DNA of 64,000 nt from an archaeon. Lineage in GTDB: Archaea; Nanobdellota; Nanobdellia; Woesearchaeales; UBA9642. This document shows positions 8,420-18,352 of the stretch, in pieces. Positions within the stretch are counted from its first letter, which is position 1; each line of letters starts with the position of its first letter. The DNA lies in contig JAGVGF010000001.1 of the NCBI GenBank assembly GCA_020057295.1, positions 64,001-128,000 of the forward strand, written 5' to 3'. The position numbers and the translations under genes were made by a program. The notes beneath the pieces were generated by a model. It was not told the origin of the DNA and made no database searches. It saw only the letters and a program-made list of their open reading frames with translations.

Positions 8420-8839
8420 TTATTTAACAATTGCTGGACATCCATTCATTGGTAATGTTTTAATAAATGGTATTGAACATAATGCCATCTCCCAAGCGAA
8501 TGGTGCAATCATTATTAGTACTGCGATAGTTAATGTATGTGGTAACTTTTCGCCAACTCTGCCTGCTACAGCTGCAGCTGCACTAATTTTAATGGCAGCG
8601 ATTATACCAATTAATACTCTTATTCCTATAGTAATCCAAATACTCGGAGTCCACTTGAATAAGCTAGTGACGTAACCGATGTTCATACTGATAAAAATAA
8701 ATACAAACATGATAGGAATTGCGTGTAGTGCATGTCCTAACGGATGCATTCCAGCTTCATCTTGATGAACAAATATTATTTCAAGAATTGCTAGTATTAA
8801 GCCTATAATTATAACTGGTATTATAACAATATCTGCCAT
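8420..8839 (-). CDS. Small 4-TM membrane protein with His/acidic motif
   Basis: LEIIFVHQDE...GHALHA...KLPH; RBS ggtga; TATA upstream. Confidence 0.75.
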   Translation of the reverse strand: MADIVIIPVIIIGLILAILEIIFVHQDEAGMHPLGHALHAIPIMFVFIFISMNIGYVTSLFKWTPSIWITIGIRVLIGIIAAIKISAAAAVAGRVGEKLPHTLTIAVLIMIAPFAWEMALCSIPFIKTLPMNGCPAIVK

Positions 8840-8925
8840 ACGTAATCACCCATTAGTTTTTTAATAAAATCTAGAGTGAGATATATATAAAGCTTTCTAT
8901 TTTTGTGCGAGAAATGTTATATAAT

Positions 8926-9180
8926 TTATTCTATTTTTACTTTCTGACCGATAGATTGTCCAGGCATTGCTTGAGTAAAGACTGCTCTTAACGCTCCACT
9001 ATTACCGTGTATAGCATTAATTTTACCAACAATATCTTTTTTACCTGTATTGAATATTACTTTCTTACCAACAAGTTTACTTGCCTTATCCTTAGAATCT
9101 ATTTCAGCTACTTTAACAACTAAATGATTATTAGTCTGACCAGTGCTGTTTCGACGATAGTTAACGATTGTTCCTTCCAT
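8926..9180 (-). CDS. rpl35ae: 50S ribosomal protein L35Ae (eL33)
   Basis: G.IVNYRR, L.GKKV, GKI...HGNSG..RA.F, PGQ.IG motifs. Confidence 0.93.
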   Translation of the reverse strand: MEGTIVNYRRNSTGQTNNHLVVKVAEIDSKDKASKLVGKKVIFNTGKKDIVGKINAIHGNSGALRAVFTQAMPGQSIGQKVKIE

Positions 9181-9337
9181 ACCTTAAAGGAGAAAAGGTT
9201 AATTTAAAAATGTTTCGTATGACGAAACAGTTTTGAACAACGCGAAAAAAGGTTATGATTGAAAAGAAAATAATACATCGTCACTTTCAAGTAGTATAAA
9301 ACCAAAAATTTATAAACGCACTATTCTTCGTAAAATT

Positions 9338-10240
9338 ATGATTAATATATTAATCACATCTGAAAAGAAAGGTTCAAATCCTGGTGGAAGATGTAAAGTA
9401 CCCTTTAGAGGACAAACTTTAGATTTTTATTTAAAGTATTGCAATGGTTCTCAACTTCCAAAATATCATCCGTTTAAGCCTTACAATCAGCCAGTATATG
9501 AGGCAATTACATTAGCTATAGCAAAATATTTCGGACTTGAAGTGCCAAGATATTTTTTATTAATTAACAATAATCATAGTTCTGTATCATTCACATATGC
9601 TGATACATCGCTAAAAAAGAAACCTCTAGATCCAACAAAAAAATCTTATTTACTCTCAGAATTAGCTCAGTTACCAAAATGTGTAGATACTGGTCTAATG
9701 CTTAAAGAGATGGCTCAAGAAAAAGTTTATAGAGACTTGCTAATGATTGGTGATGTATCGAACAAGAACCAAAATTATACACTTCTAGATCCTGATAATT
9801 ATCAATTTACACATTCTTCCACTACACCATACATATATTATATTGATTTAGGATGTAGTTTTGTAGATGCCCATGAAGGATTCATCGGTCAACGTCACGC
9901 AGTTTCTAGATTGATAAGTATTGATGAATTTGGATTAACATCGTCTGCAAGAAAAGAAATTAATCACGCCAGTGATTATCTAGATAAATATTATCTACGG
10001 ACAACACATAAAGATTCAAATAAAGTACATACATTAAAATTATCTGCTATTCCAAAAATGATTGGTGATTTACCCTTGCCGCTGTTTCAAAACGGTATTG
10101 CCACCCCAAATGTATTATTATCACCTCTTGAATTAAAACTTATAGAAGGACTTTTAACTTTAAATATGGCAGAAGTTGTACATGATTATGTAAAAAATCA
10201 CAAAACAGACGCAATATCTCTTGTTTCTCCACATAGTTAA
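9338..10240 (+). CDS. HipA/PI3-4K-like atypical kinase
   Basis: KKGSNPGG loop, YLK, YE....IA..FGL.VP, D..N..NY, YIDLG; BRE/TATA at about 9304-9316. Confidence 0.6.
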   Translation: MINILITSEKKGSNPGGRCKVPFRGQTLDFYLKYCNGSQLPKYHPFKPYNQPVYEAITLAIAKYFGLEVPRYFLLINNNHSSVSFTYADTSLKKKPLDPTKKSYLLSELAQLPKCVDTGLMLKEMAQEKVYRDLLMIGDVSNKNQNYTLLDPDNYQFTHSSTTPYIYYIDLGCSFVDAHEGFIGQRHAVSRLISIDEFGLTSSARKEINHASDYLDKYYLRTTHKDSNKVHTLKLSAIPKMIGDLPLPLFQNGIATPNVLLSPLELKLIEGLLTLNMAEVVHDYVKNHKTDAISLVSPHS

Positions 10241-11446
10241 TTATAGCAAATATATTATTACAGGAACTATTAGACACGCCATTGATTGTGTTCTCTGTAC
10301 CTTTACAATTCCTGGTATAAGTCCTATTGCAGTTGATGTTATTAATACTAACAACCCAGTCCATGACGTTAATACCAAAACGAGTGTTGTGACGAACGCA
10401 ATTATACTTATAACTAATATTTTATAATTTACTTTTGAAATAATTCTAGAAAATATTTTTCCAAACCATAATGCTAAATATACTGATACTGCTCCTGCTA
10501 TTAGTGCTGATACTAAAAATATTATTACAACATTCAAGGTGATTTCTGGAATTAATTTCGATATTACTATTACTGCACCGTTTCTTGCTTTATTTACTGT
10601 ATATAATGCTACAAGACTTAGTACAAAACTTGATGTTCCTATACATCCCATTAATATCATAAAACCTTTATCGCCTAAATCTTTAAAAAATTGTACACTA
10701 ATAACTGCTGCAATGCTACTACTAAGTCCGGGAAATGTTGAGACTATAAATGCTGAGATGTTTCCTGCAATCAAACTTAAAAAAGTTTTTTTAACCTCTA
10801 ATTTAGTATATGTTTCATGATTTTGTTTTGGAATATGATTATTATCATTGATGCTTATTATTAATGTGGAAATTCCGAACAATCCAGACAATAACGGGAA
10901 TAATGGATCTTTCATATTAACACTAAATACTGCAAGTCCAAGAACTCCGCTTAATGTAAATACTGTGATTGCCCATAATTTTTTATTATCGCGCCATAAC
11001 ATAAATATAACACTAGCTATTAATATTATAACAAAATATTTTTCTAAACCTTCATAAGAATATTTAGTTATAAGATATAATATCGGAAAAAGTATTATTC
11101 CCATTACTAGTCCAAAAAACGATCCTATGGTAAATAATTTAACAGCCATTAATCCATTTCCGTGAAGTAAATATCTATGTCCTGGAAGTACTCCTAATAT
11201 AGTATTTTCATCTGGAGCACCTAAGAATATTGATGGAAGAGCATCAAGGAAAGTATGAGTAACACCAACAACAATGATATATACTCCTATAATTATTATG
11301 TTTAATTGAAATTGTTCGATTATAACCTTACTAATGCTTAATACAATTAATGAGATCATATTAATATGAATGCCTGGTGTGATGCCAGAGATTATTCCTG
11401 TAAGTATTCCGAAAATTATGGCCATAATTATTTCAATAAGTATCAT
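10241..11446 (-). CDS. TctA/DUF112-family membrane transporter
   Basis: G..PGIH.N, PSIFLGAPD, LPGH...G.G motifs; multi-TM. Confidence 0.85.
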   Translation of the reverse strand: MILIEIIMAIIFGILTGIISGITPGIHINMISLIVLSISKVIIEQFQLNIIIIGVYIIVVGVTHTFLDALPSIFLGAPDENTILGVLPGHRYLLHGNGLMAVKLFTIGSFFGLVMGIILFPILYLITKYSYEGLEKYFVIILIASVIFMLWRDNKKLWAITVFTLSGVLGLAVFSVNMKDPLFPLLSGLFGISTLIISINDNNHIPKQNHETYTKLEVKKTFLSLIAGNISAFIVSTFPGLSSSIAAVISVQFFKDLGDKGFMILMGCIGTSSFVLSLVALYTVNKARNGAVIVISKLIPEITLNVVIIFLVSALIAGAVSVYLALWFGKIFSRIISKVNYKILVISIIAFVTTLVLVLTSWTGLLVLITSTAIGLIPGIVKVQRTQSMACLIVPVIIYLL

Positions 11447-11447
11447 T

Positions 11448-11792
11448 TTATTTCTCTATAGTTACTTTGTCAGCAATTAATTCTAATTTACCGTTATATT
11501 CGTCGATTTTGCCTTCGAATATGGCATTTTTTTCTTTAGAAAGGTTTGTAATGTTACTGAATATCCAAATATCTATATTACATTTCTGTTCTAATCTTAT
11601 AGATGTGCCGCTATCATAATATTTCAAACTTTTAATTATTCCTTGCATCTTAACTTTTTGACCAACATCTTTTGATGTTAAATCGCTAAAAACTTTTTCT
11701 GGAATAAACTCGTAATATGACATTATAATTAGAATAAGTATTCCTATGATTGCCGTGACTAATGCAATATCTAATAATTTTTTATCATCCAT
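11448..11792 (-). CDS. Membrane-anchored OB-fold protein
   Basis: N-terminal TM; V...G.I, G...EYNG.LEL..D.V OB pattern. Confidence 0.7.
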   Translation of the reverse strand: MDDKKLLDIALVTAIIGILILIIMSYYEFIPEKVFSDLTSKDVGQKVKMQGIIKSLKYYDSGTSIRLEQKCNIDIWIFSNITNLSKEKNAIFEGKIDEYNGKLELIADKVTIEK

Positions 11793-11944
11793 AGAATTAT
11801 GCTTATTTTCACGTTAATAAATTCTAACTCACGAATATCGGAATTATAACATTATTCTCATAAAATTTTCGTTAATCACATAACAAAATATATAAATCGA
11901 TATGTTTTACTACTATATAGTATATACTTGTTAGGGGTATTTTT

Positions 11945-13243
11945 ATGCGTTATAACGAAGATATGCAGAGATTACGGTCTGATTCTAGGTATGTTGCTGC
12001 AAGCAAAGTATATCGGAGTATAGTTGAATTGTCTCCACCCGATATGGAATTGCTACATTTTTTATATACAACTAATGCTAATGATATGAGAGAGCATATT
12101 AATTCGTTTATTAGTAGTGTTAATTTTAATTCTAAAAATTTACGTTCGCATAATCCACAAGCTCCAACAATATTATCTGATATGCGTGTTCTTATAGATA
12201 ACGATCCAGATTTTAAGGCGTTAGACAAATATTTTACTCCAAAAATTAATTGCAGTGAAAGTATTGATTCATTAGTAAATGATATTGAATCAAATGTTGG
12301 TGTGAATATTCGCAACAAATTTGGCCAATACTCGCAATATATTGTTAAAGCTGCAGCATTAGCAATGCATCATCAACTAACACGTAAATGTGGTATTTCA
12401 ATATTAGGACATTGGGTTGGCACTGCAGGAATAATATACTTCTTACAAGAAAAAGGACATATACCTAAAAATCATAACGAATTTTTTAGAGTGGCTGTAG
12501 CATTCTTACACGATTTCAAAGAAGATCTATCCGGAATAGTAATTAATTCATCAACAGGAAAACCTTACGGACTGTATAACACAGAAGGTTTAGGCAATGA
12601 TTTCTTACCACAAGATAATACGTTAACTAAAAGTGTTAACACATTAACAAATCTATATAGTGAAATAGCAAAATATGCTTATACTGTTGTTGATAAACAA
12701 GGCAAAGCATTCACCAAATCAGTATTTAATGAATTTTTAATAGCTTATATGAAAGAAGATCCAAACAAAGATTCTCCTATGTATAAAATACATAAAAATC
12801 TACATCAATTAATAAATTCTAAAAATTATGGTAATTTGACCGGTGAAAAATTACTTAATGCAATAACATGGGATTCATATGATTATTACGTTAATAGCAT
12901 ATGGCGTAAAAGCATTAAGAGTAAAGATGATACGCCTATAATTGTAAAATTTGGTGATCAAAGTTATAATTTCATGGGTAAAGAAACTTTAGGAGATAAG
13001 GATATAGAACAAAATTTATTAAAGTTATGGATGTGGGCATCTAGCGTTTATGCAAGTGCAATTAACCTTCCACACACAAATAATTTTGTTGAAGAATTAT
13101 TAGAGGATGCGTTATGCTATACAGAGCATTATATTACGAAAGATTTCATGAAAACAGAAGCTAGCATACCGTTTTATACCGCAGGATTCATGAAAATTAA
13201 AAAACTAGCGCCAATAATATATTCCGATAGACAGATTCAGTAA
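11945..13243 (+). CDS. HD-domain protein resembling RelA/SpoT (Mesh1) hydrolase
   Basis: HHQLTRKCG....H, FLHDFKED, IVKFGDQSYN match HD_4 motif order. Confidence 0.55.
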   Translation: MRYNEDMQRLRSDSRYVAASKVYRSIVELSPPDMELLHFLYTTNANDMREHINSFISSVNFNSKNLRSHNPQAPTILSDMRVLIDNDPDFKALDKYFTPKINCSESIDSLVNDIESNVGVNIRNKFGQYSQYIVKAAALAMHHQLTRKCGISILGHWVGTAGIIYFLQEKGHIPKNHNEFFRVAVAFLHDFKEDLSGIVINSSTGKPYGLYNTEGLGNDFLPQDNTLTKSVNTLTNLYSEIAKYAYTVVDKQGKAFTKSVFNEFLIAYMKEDPNKDSPMYKIHKNLHQLINSKNYGNLTGEKLLNAITWDSYDYYVNSIWRKSIKSKDDTPIIVKFGDQSYNFMGKETLGDKDIEQNLLKLWMWASSVYASAINLPHTNNFVEELLEDALCYTEHYITKDFMKTEASIPFYTAGFMKIKKLAPIIYSDRQIQ

Positions 13244-13244
13244 A

Positions 13245-13901
13245 TTAGTAAAATTCAATACTATTATCTAAATAAATGCCTTTCTTTAATTGTACAGGTC
13301 TCCAATCATCTAATATTAAATCCGCATCAAGCCATTCTGCAAGTTCCGACGGATTACCTATAGTTGCACTTAAACCAATGATTTGCAAGTTTTTTAATAC
13401 TCTACGTAATATTGTTATTAATATTTCGAGTGTCGGTCCTCTGCTAGAATCGTTTAGTAAGTGTATTTCATCAATAATTACGACCTTGATTTTTTTTAAC
13501 CACGGAGTTTTATGTCTAATTAATGAATCAAATTTTTCACTTGTAGTAATTATAAGGTCATACTTGTCGAGATATGAATCGTCACTATCGATATCTCCTG
13601 AGGTTATTGCGGTTTTGAACGCGTGTGTTCTCTTGAAATGTTCATATTTTTCTGATGCCAAAGCTTTTAATGGAACGACATATACACATTTTCCCTTATC
13701 ATGAAATATTGCATTCATTATAGCAAGTTCAGCAACAAGTGTTTTACCTGATGCTGTGGGAGTGCATATTAGTAAATTTTTATCCTGAAATATTCCTGCA
13801 TCTATCGCTTTAAACTGTGCAGGCCTAAATGTCTTTATACGAGGTTCTAGCTTCGCGTAAATGTTTGCAGGAATTTTATTTTTATATTTTGAAATTTCCA
13901 T
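13245..13901 (-). CDS. Ski2/Hel308-like helicase, N-terminal RecA domain only
   Basis: Q motif, PTASGKT, PLKALA, DEIH, LSAT, WRPV.L then stop. Confidence 0.85.
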   Translation of the reverse strand: MEISKYKNKIPANIYAKLEPRIKTFRPAQFKAIDAGIFQDKNLLICTPTASGKTLVAELAIMNAIFHDKGKCVYVVPLKALASEKYEHFKRTHAFKTAITSGDIDSDDSYLDKYDLIITTSEKFDSLIRHKTPWLKKIKVVIIDEIHLLNDSSRGPTLEILITILRRVLKNLQIIGLSATIGNPSELAEWLDADLILDDWRPVQLKKGIYLDNSIEFY

Positions 13902-13950
13902 ATTGAATAAAAAACACCATATATTGTTTTTATGTATTATCTAAATATAT

Positions 13951-15702
13951 TTACATTTCCTCAATTTCTTGGATATTTAATAAATTTAATCCGATTTTTA
14001 GAACAATCTGAACATTATATATTAGATAAAGTCTGGATTTCATAATATTTTTTTCAGATGTTAGTATAGGATTCGCATGATAAAATTCGTTGAATTTCTG
14101 TGATAATTCTAGTAAATAATGTGCAACACTTGAAGGTTTAAAATTTTTGGCAGCGTCATCAACACTATTTGAAAATTTATCTAATATTTTAACTAATTCG
14201 AATTCATTACTCTCTTTTAATAAAGATATATCTACATTTTTAAAATATTCGTCTAAGTTGTTTATTGATTCTTTTTCAGTAAATTTTTTGAATACACTAT
14301 TTATACGAGCATAACTATATTCTATATAAGGTCCCGTCTCTCCATCAAAACTTAAAGATTCTTTAGGATTATATACAAAATTTTTTAATGGATCAAACTT
14401 TAAGAAGAAAAATCTTACGGCAGCTAAAGCAATTATATCAGACCTAAGATGTAATTCCTCATCAGATAAATTATCATATCTTTTACGTAATTCTTCAATA
14501 CACATATTTTTAACTTCTAATAATAAATTATCGGTATCGATTACATTGCCTTCTCTTGATTTCATCTTACCTTCGGGAAGTTCAACCATTCCATAGGAGA
14601 AGTGATAACATTTATCTCCAAAATTCCAGTTCAATTTTTTAAAAATTTCAAACAATACTTTGAAATGATGTTCTTGCTCATTACCAACAACATACACCAT
14701 TTCATCAAACTTGTAATCTTCATAACGCTTCTTAGCCATATAAATATCTTGAGTGATGTATACTGAAGTACCGTTAGCTCTCAATAAGACTTTCTTTCCT
14801 AGATTTTTTGATTCCAAATTAGCAATTATTGAACCAGTATCATCTCTCTCGAATAATTCTTTGTTTAAACCATCGACTATTATATCTTTGCCATGAAGAT
14901 ATGTTTCACTTTCGAAATATTCTTTATCAATATTGAATCCTAAACTGCTGTATGTTTCTCTAAAACCTTTTAATGCCCAACTATTCATTTTAGCCCATAA
15001 CGCTCTAACTTCAGAATCATTATTTTCCCACTTGACTAACATATCTTGAACTTCATGCTCGATTGCTGGATTGTCTTTTTCTAATTGGTTATATTTAACA
15101 TAATAATCTCCAACAAAATGATCAGATTTTGTATGTGTAATCTCTGGAGTGTCATTTAAACCAAATTTTTGATATGCAAGCATTGACTTGCATATGTGTA
15201 CTCCACGATCATTAATTACATTAACGATGTATGGACTTTTGCCAACAAATTTTAATATGTTGTATATACTTTGACCTAGAAGCATATTTCTTAAATGACC
15301 AAGATGCAATGGTTTATTAGTATTAGGACCTGGCGATTCTATCAATACAATACTTTTATCATATTTTCCTGCACAATAAGTGTATTTTTCCGTACTAATT
15401 TTATGTAAAATATTTTTAATATATACTTCTTTATTGACATAAAAATTTAAATAAGGTCCTACGTTGTTTATCAATTCAAAATGTTTATGATCTTCTTTAA
15501 TATTTATTTGGGTTAATTTATCTTTTAATTCTAAAGCAATATTATGTGGACTTTTCTTTAATTCTTTAGCAATAATAAAACAAGGTAGCGCATAATCTCC
15601 TAGTTTAGAATCTGGAGGAATTTCTATAACGCTAAGAATTTTATCCTTTGACACACCAGTTTCTTTATGTACTAATTCAATTATCAAATTTTTGAAATTC
15701 AT
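13951..15702 (-). CDS. argS: Arginyl-tRNA synthetase
   Basis: PNTNKPLHLGH, KMKSREG, GETGPY..Y.YARI, C-terminal EEM. Confidence 0.97.
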   Translation of the reverse strand: MNFKNLIIELVHKETGVSKDKILSVIEIPPDSKLGDYALPCFIIAKELKKSPHNIALELKDKLTQINIKEDHKHFELINNVGPYLNFYVNKEVYIKNILHKISTEKYTYCAGKYDKSIVLIESPGPNTNKPLHLGHLRNMLLGQSIYNILKFVGKSPYIVNVINDRGVHICKSMLAYQKFGLNDTPEITHTKSDHFVGDYYVKYNQLEKDNPAIEHEVQDMLVKWENNDSEVRALWAKMNSWALKGFRETYSSLGFNIDKEYFESETYLHGKDIIVDGLNKELFERDDTGSIIANLESKNLGKKVLLRANGTSVYITQDIYMAKKRYEDYKFDEMVYVVGNEQEHHFKVLFEIFKKLNWNFGDKCYHFSYGMVELPEGKMKSREGNVIDTDNLLLEVKNMCIEELRKRYDNLSDEELHLRSDIIALAAVRFFFLKFDPLKNFVYNPKESLSFDGETGPYIEYSYARINSVFKKFTEKESINNLDEYFKNVDISLLKESNEFELVKILDKFSNSVDDAAKNFKPSSVAHYLLELSQKFNEFYHANPILTSEKNIMKSRLYLIYNVQIVLKIGLNLLNIQEIEEM

Positions 15703-15783
15703 ACTCTACATATTAATACTTCGTATATAAATTTTGTCCTTGAACCAAAAATTTTAAATACTATCACTTAATCCAAAACCCTA

Positions 15784-16194
15784 ATGAATTATAAACACTA
15801 CAAACAACATATACATCACTGGATTAGTTTTCCATTCATATGGATGATGATTGTTCCTGTATTAATATTGGATGTTACAATTGAGATATATCATAGAATA
15901 TGTTTTGTGTTATACGATTTGCCTTATGTTAATAGAAGTGCTTACATAAAATTAGATAGATACAAATTACCTTATTTATCATGGGGTGATAAACTTAACT
16001 GTTTATATTGTGAATACGTTAACGGATTCTTTCATTATTCCGTAGCTATTGCTGGAGAAACAGAAAAATATTGGTGTGGTATAAAACATCAGAATGTTGA
16101 AGGTTTTAATCATCCGGAACACCATAAAGAATTCTTAGAATATAATGATAAAGAATCATTTGAAAAACATTGTAAAATGCAGAAAAAGAAATAG
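15784..16194 (+). CDS. Conserved hypothetical membrane protein with Cys motifs
   Basis: TM segment, KLNCLYCEY.NG, EKYWC.IKH. Confidence 0.7.
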   Translation: MNYKHYKQHIHHWISFPFIWMMIVPVLILDVTIEIYHRICFVLYDLPYVNRSAYIKLDRYKLPYLSWGDKLNCLYCEYVNGFFHYSVAIAGETEKYWCGIKHQNVEGFNHPEHHKEFLEYNDKESFEKHCKMQKKK

Positions 16195-16255
16195 ATATAT
16201 AGACAAAATTATTTAGAAAAATAAAAACTCTAAAAAATAAAATATTTTAGAAACC

Positions 16256-16642
16256 TTATTCTTTCTTTTCTTCAGTTGCTTCCTTAATTAATGATTCAGC
16301 ACCATACTTTAGAACTTTAAGGTTTAATTGCGTTGTTTTATTGTATATAGTATTTCCAGCGACTGTTCTTCTAAGTCTCATACCTTTACGATTATAATTA
16401 TTTCCTATGCCTCTAGTTGTTAATATAGCCTTTCTCATTATACCATTAACATCTTTTCTCATTGGAAATCCACAATAATCTGAACCGCCAGCTATTTCAA
16501 ATTCGTAACCGTTCATTTCTAATAATTCTCCATGAATCTTTTCACCAAGCTTCTTACCGTAAAATGCTGATGCTTGATCTTCTTTTAATTCTTTCTTTAT
16601 ACTTTTTCCAGACTTATCTGCAATATTTATTTTCAAATCCAT
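16256..16642 (-). CDS. rps6e: 30S ribosomal protein S6e
   Basis: GGSD..GFPMR.DV, G.R.R.TV.GN; RBS ggagg. Confidence 0.95.
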   Translation of the reverse strand: MDLKINIADKSGKSIKKELKEDQASAFYGKKLGEKIHGELLEMNGYEFEIAGGSDYCGFPMRKDVNGIMRKAILTTRGIGNNYNRKGMRLRRTVAGNTIYNKTTQLNLKVLKYGAESLIKEATEEKKE

Positions 16643-16812
16643 TTTATCCTCCCAGAGTAATGTATATCAAGAAAGTGTATTAGAATAATACTAATAACTT
16701 CCAGAGGCATACATCCTCAGTTGTTATGATTGTAGGAACAAAAGTGTATTTATAAAGATTGTGCTTAACAAAACAAAGTAGTTTTGTGCGAATGGAAGAA
16801 TATCATTGTATC

Positions 16813-17139
16813 TTATTTACTATTCTGTTTTATTAACTCGTTTAAATCATCAACTATCTTCGTTATCTCTTCATCTTCCATACCGTGTCCCATAAATCCT
16901 TCTTCTAATGTTTCAAACATTGCAGCACCGCAACCCACACAATGAACTCCATAATCCATTATTGCAGGAACTAAATCAGGATGTTCATCAACAACATCAG
17001 CTATAAGCATACCTTTACTTATAAGTTTACTAGAAGGTTTTCTATCACGATCTTGTGTGGAAGTATTATCTATATTTACAGACTCAAAATCGTTACTAGC
17101 ATTTTCATCGTTTAATTCAATATTATATCCTTTATCCAT
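16813..17139 (-). CDS. DUF1858 (hybrid-cluster-associated disulfide) protein
   Basis: M.I..VV..HP, G.HCVGC.AA.FETLEE....HG. Confidence 0.85.
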   Translation of the reverse strand: MDKGYNIELNDENASNDFESVNIDNTSTQDRDRKPSSKLISKGMLIADVVDEHPDLVPAIMDYGVHCVGCGAAMFETLEEGFMGHGMEDEEITKIVDDLNELIKQNSK

Positions 17140-17177
17140 ATTATCAGTTTATATCAAGGTATTATATATTTTATGTA

Positions 17178-18266
17178 TTATTTAGAAATTTTATTCTTAA
17201 AAATGTCAAATCCTAACTTCCATAATTTTGCTTCTTTCATTAATAATTGTACAATAAATTTGCTAGGAAAATCTCTATCATGCTCGCTTAATACTTTACT
17301 ATTGGTTTTTTTCTCAAATATTTCTATTAATTCATTTGCCTGTTTCTCATTCATATGATTCATTAATTCACGCATTTTAAGACTGATCCATAAATCCTTA
17401 CCAAGTTTTTCATTAAACTTTTTAGTATACATATCTTTATTTTCAGCAAGATAATTTCCAGATAATAATCCGTAAATTATTCCTCCATATGTTGTGGCCT
17501 TAACTTGTGTTGCTGCATCTCCAATTACGAATATATCTTCTTTGTTTTTTCTTAATTGTTGTTTAGGATTATACAATGGAATAATTCCTGATTGGTCCTG
17601 CAAAATTTTACTTCCACCCAAAATTTTTTTATAATCATTAAGCAATTTTTGATTTCTTATACCAATAACTCCTACTCGTGCAATTTTATCATCTTCTGGC
17701 ACTATCCATGAGAATTCTCCAAGATTCAATCTAATTTCAGTAACACCTGGTTCAAGATTTGGAAATTTGCATCTTGCTTGCCATCCCCAAATAAATTTTC
17801 TATCTCCATAAATGCCTGCACTTCTAGCAACTGGACTTCTAGGACCATCAGCTCCAACAATCATATCCGTATTATACTTCGATTTATTTGTTTTAATAAC
17901 ATATTTGTCATCTTGTTTTTTATATCCTAAAAATTTTTCATCAAGATGAATATTAGCTCCAGAATCCACAGCCTTACTGTATAGATATTGATCAAACCCT
18001 GCTCTATCAAGAACCATATTAACTTTTTTTAAGTCGATATATATAGCTTTTTTGTTTGGTGCAACAATTTTAAATCTCTCTATTTTGCTAATGATTAAAT
18101 CTTTCGGAATTTTTATGATGCTCTTAACGCTATCGGTCAGTATTCCTGTACAAGCAACAGGTTTTCCTATGACTTTATGTTCTTCAAATAAGTGTACATC
18201 ATTCTTTTTGGCGGCAAGACTAGAATAGAATGATCCTGCCGGTCCTGCTCCAATAACACTTATCAT
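17178..18266 (-). CDS. Geranylgeranyl reductase-family FAD oxidoreductase
   Basis: IGAGPAG, R..FD, GADG..S.VA, WIVP, GDAA..VK.TT.GGI. Confidence 0.85.
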   Translation of the reverse strand: MISVIGAGPAGSFYSSLAAKKNDVHLFEEHKVIGKPVACTGILTDSVKSIIKIPKDLIISKIERFKIVAPNKKAIYIDLKKVNMVLDRAGFDQYLYSKAVDSGANIHLDEKFLGYKKQDDKYVIKTNKSKYNTDMIVGADGPRSPVARSAGIYGDRKFIWGWQARCKFPNLEPGVTEIRLNLGEFSWIVPEDDKIARVGVIGIRNQKLLNDYKKILGGSKILQDQSGIIPLYNPKQQLRKNKEDIFVIGDAATQVKATTYGGIIYGLLSGNYLAENKDMYTKKFNEKLGKDLWISLKMRELMNHMNEKQANELIEIFEKKTNSKVLSEHDRDFPSKFIVQLLMKEAKLWKLGFDIFKNKISK

Positions 18267-18352
18267 TTTATAGTCAAGTTTTATAGTATTATAAATTTTA
18301 TTAAAGACAAAATACTACAAACCTTTATAAAAACATTTACCATTCTTAATGT

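Noticed and set aside
3094-8839. Provirus integrated by the serine recombinase
   Set aside because: No capsid, terminase, packaging ATPase or replication genes; no flanking att repeats seen; host-like composition
16643-16756. Possible structured leader of rps6e
   Set aside because: Only short, weak stems; cannot be supported without comparative data
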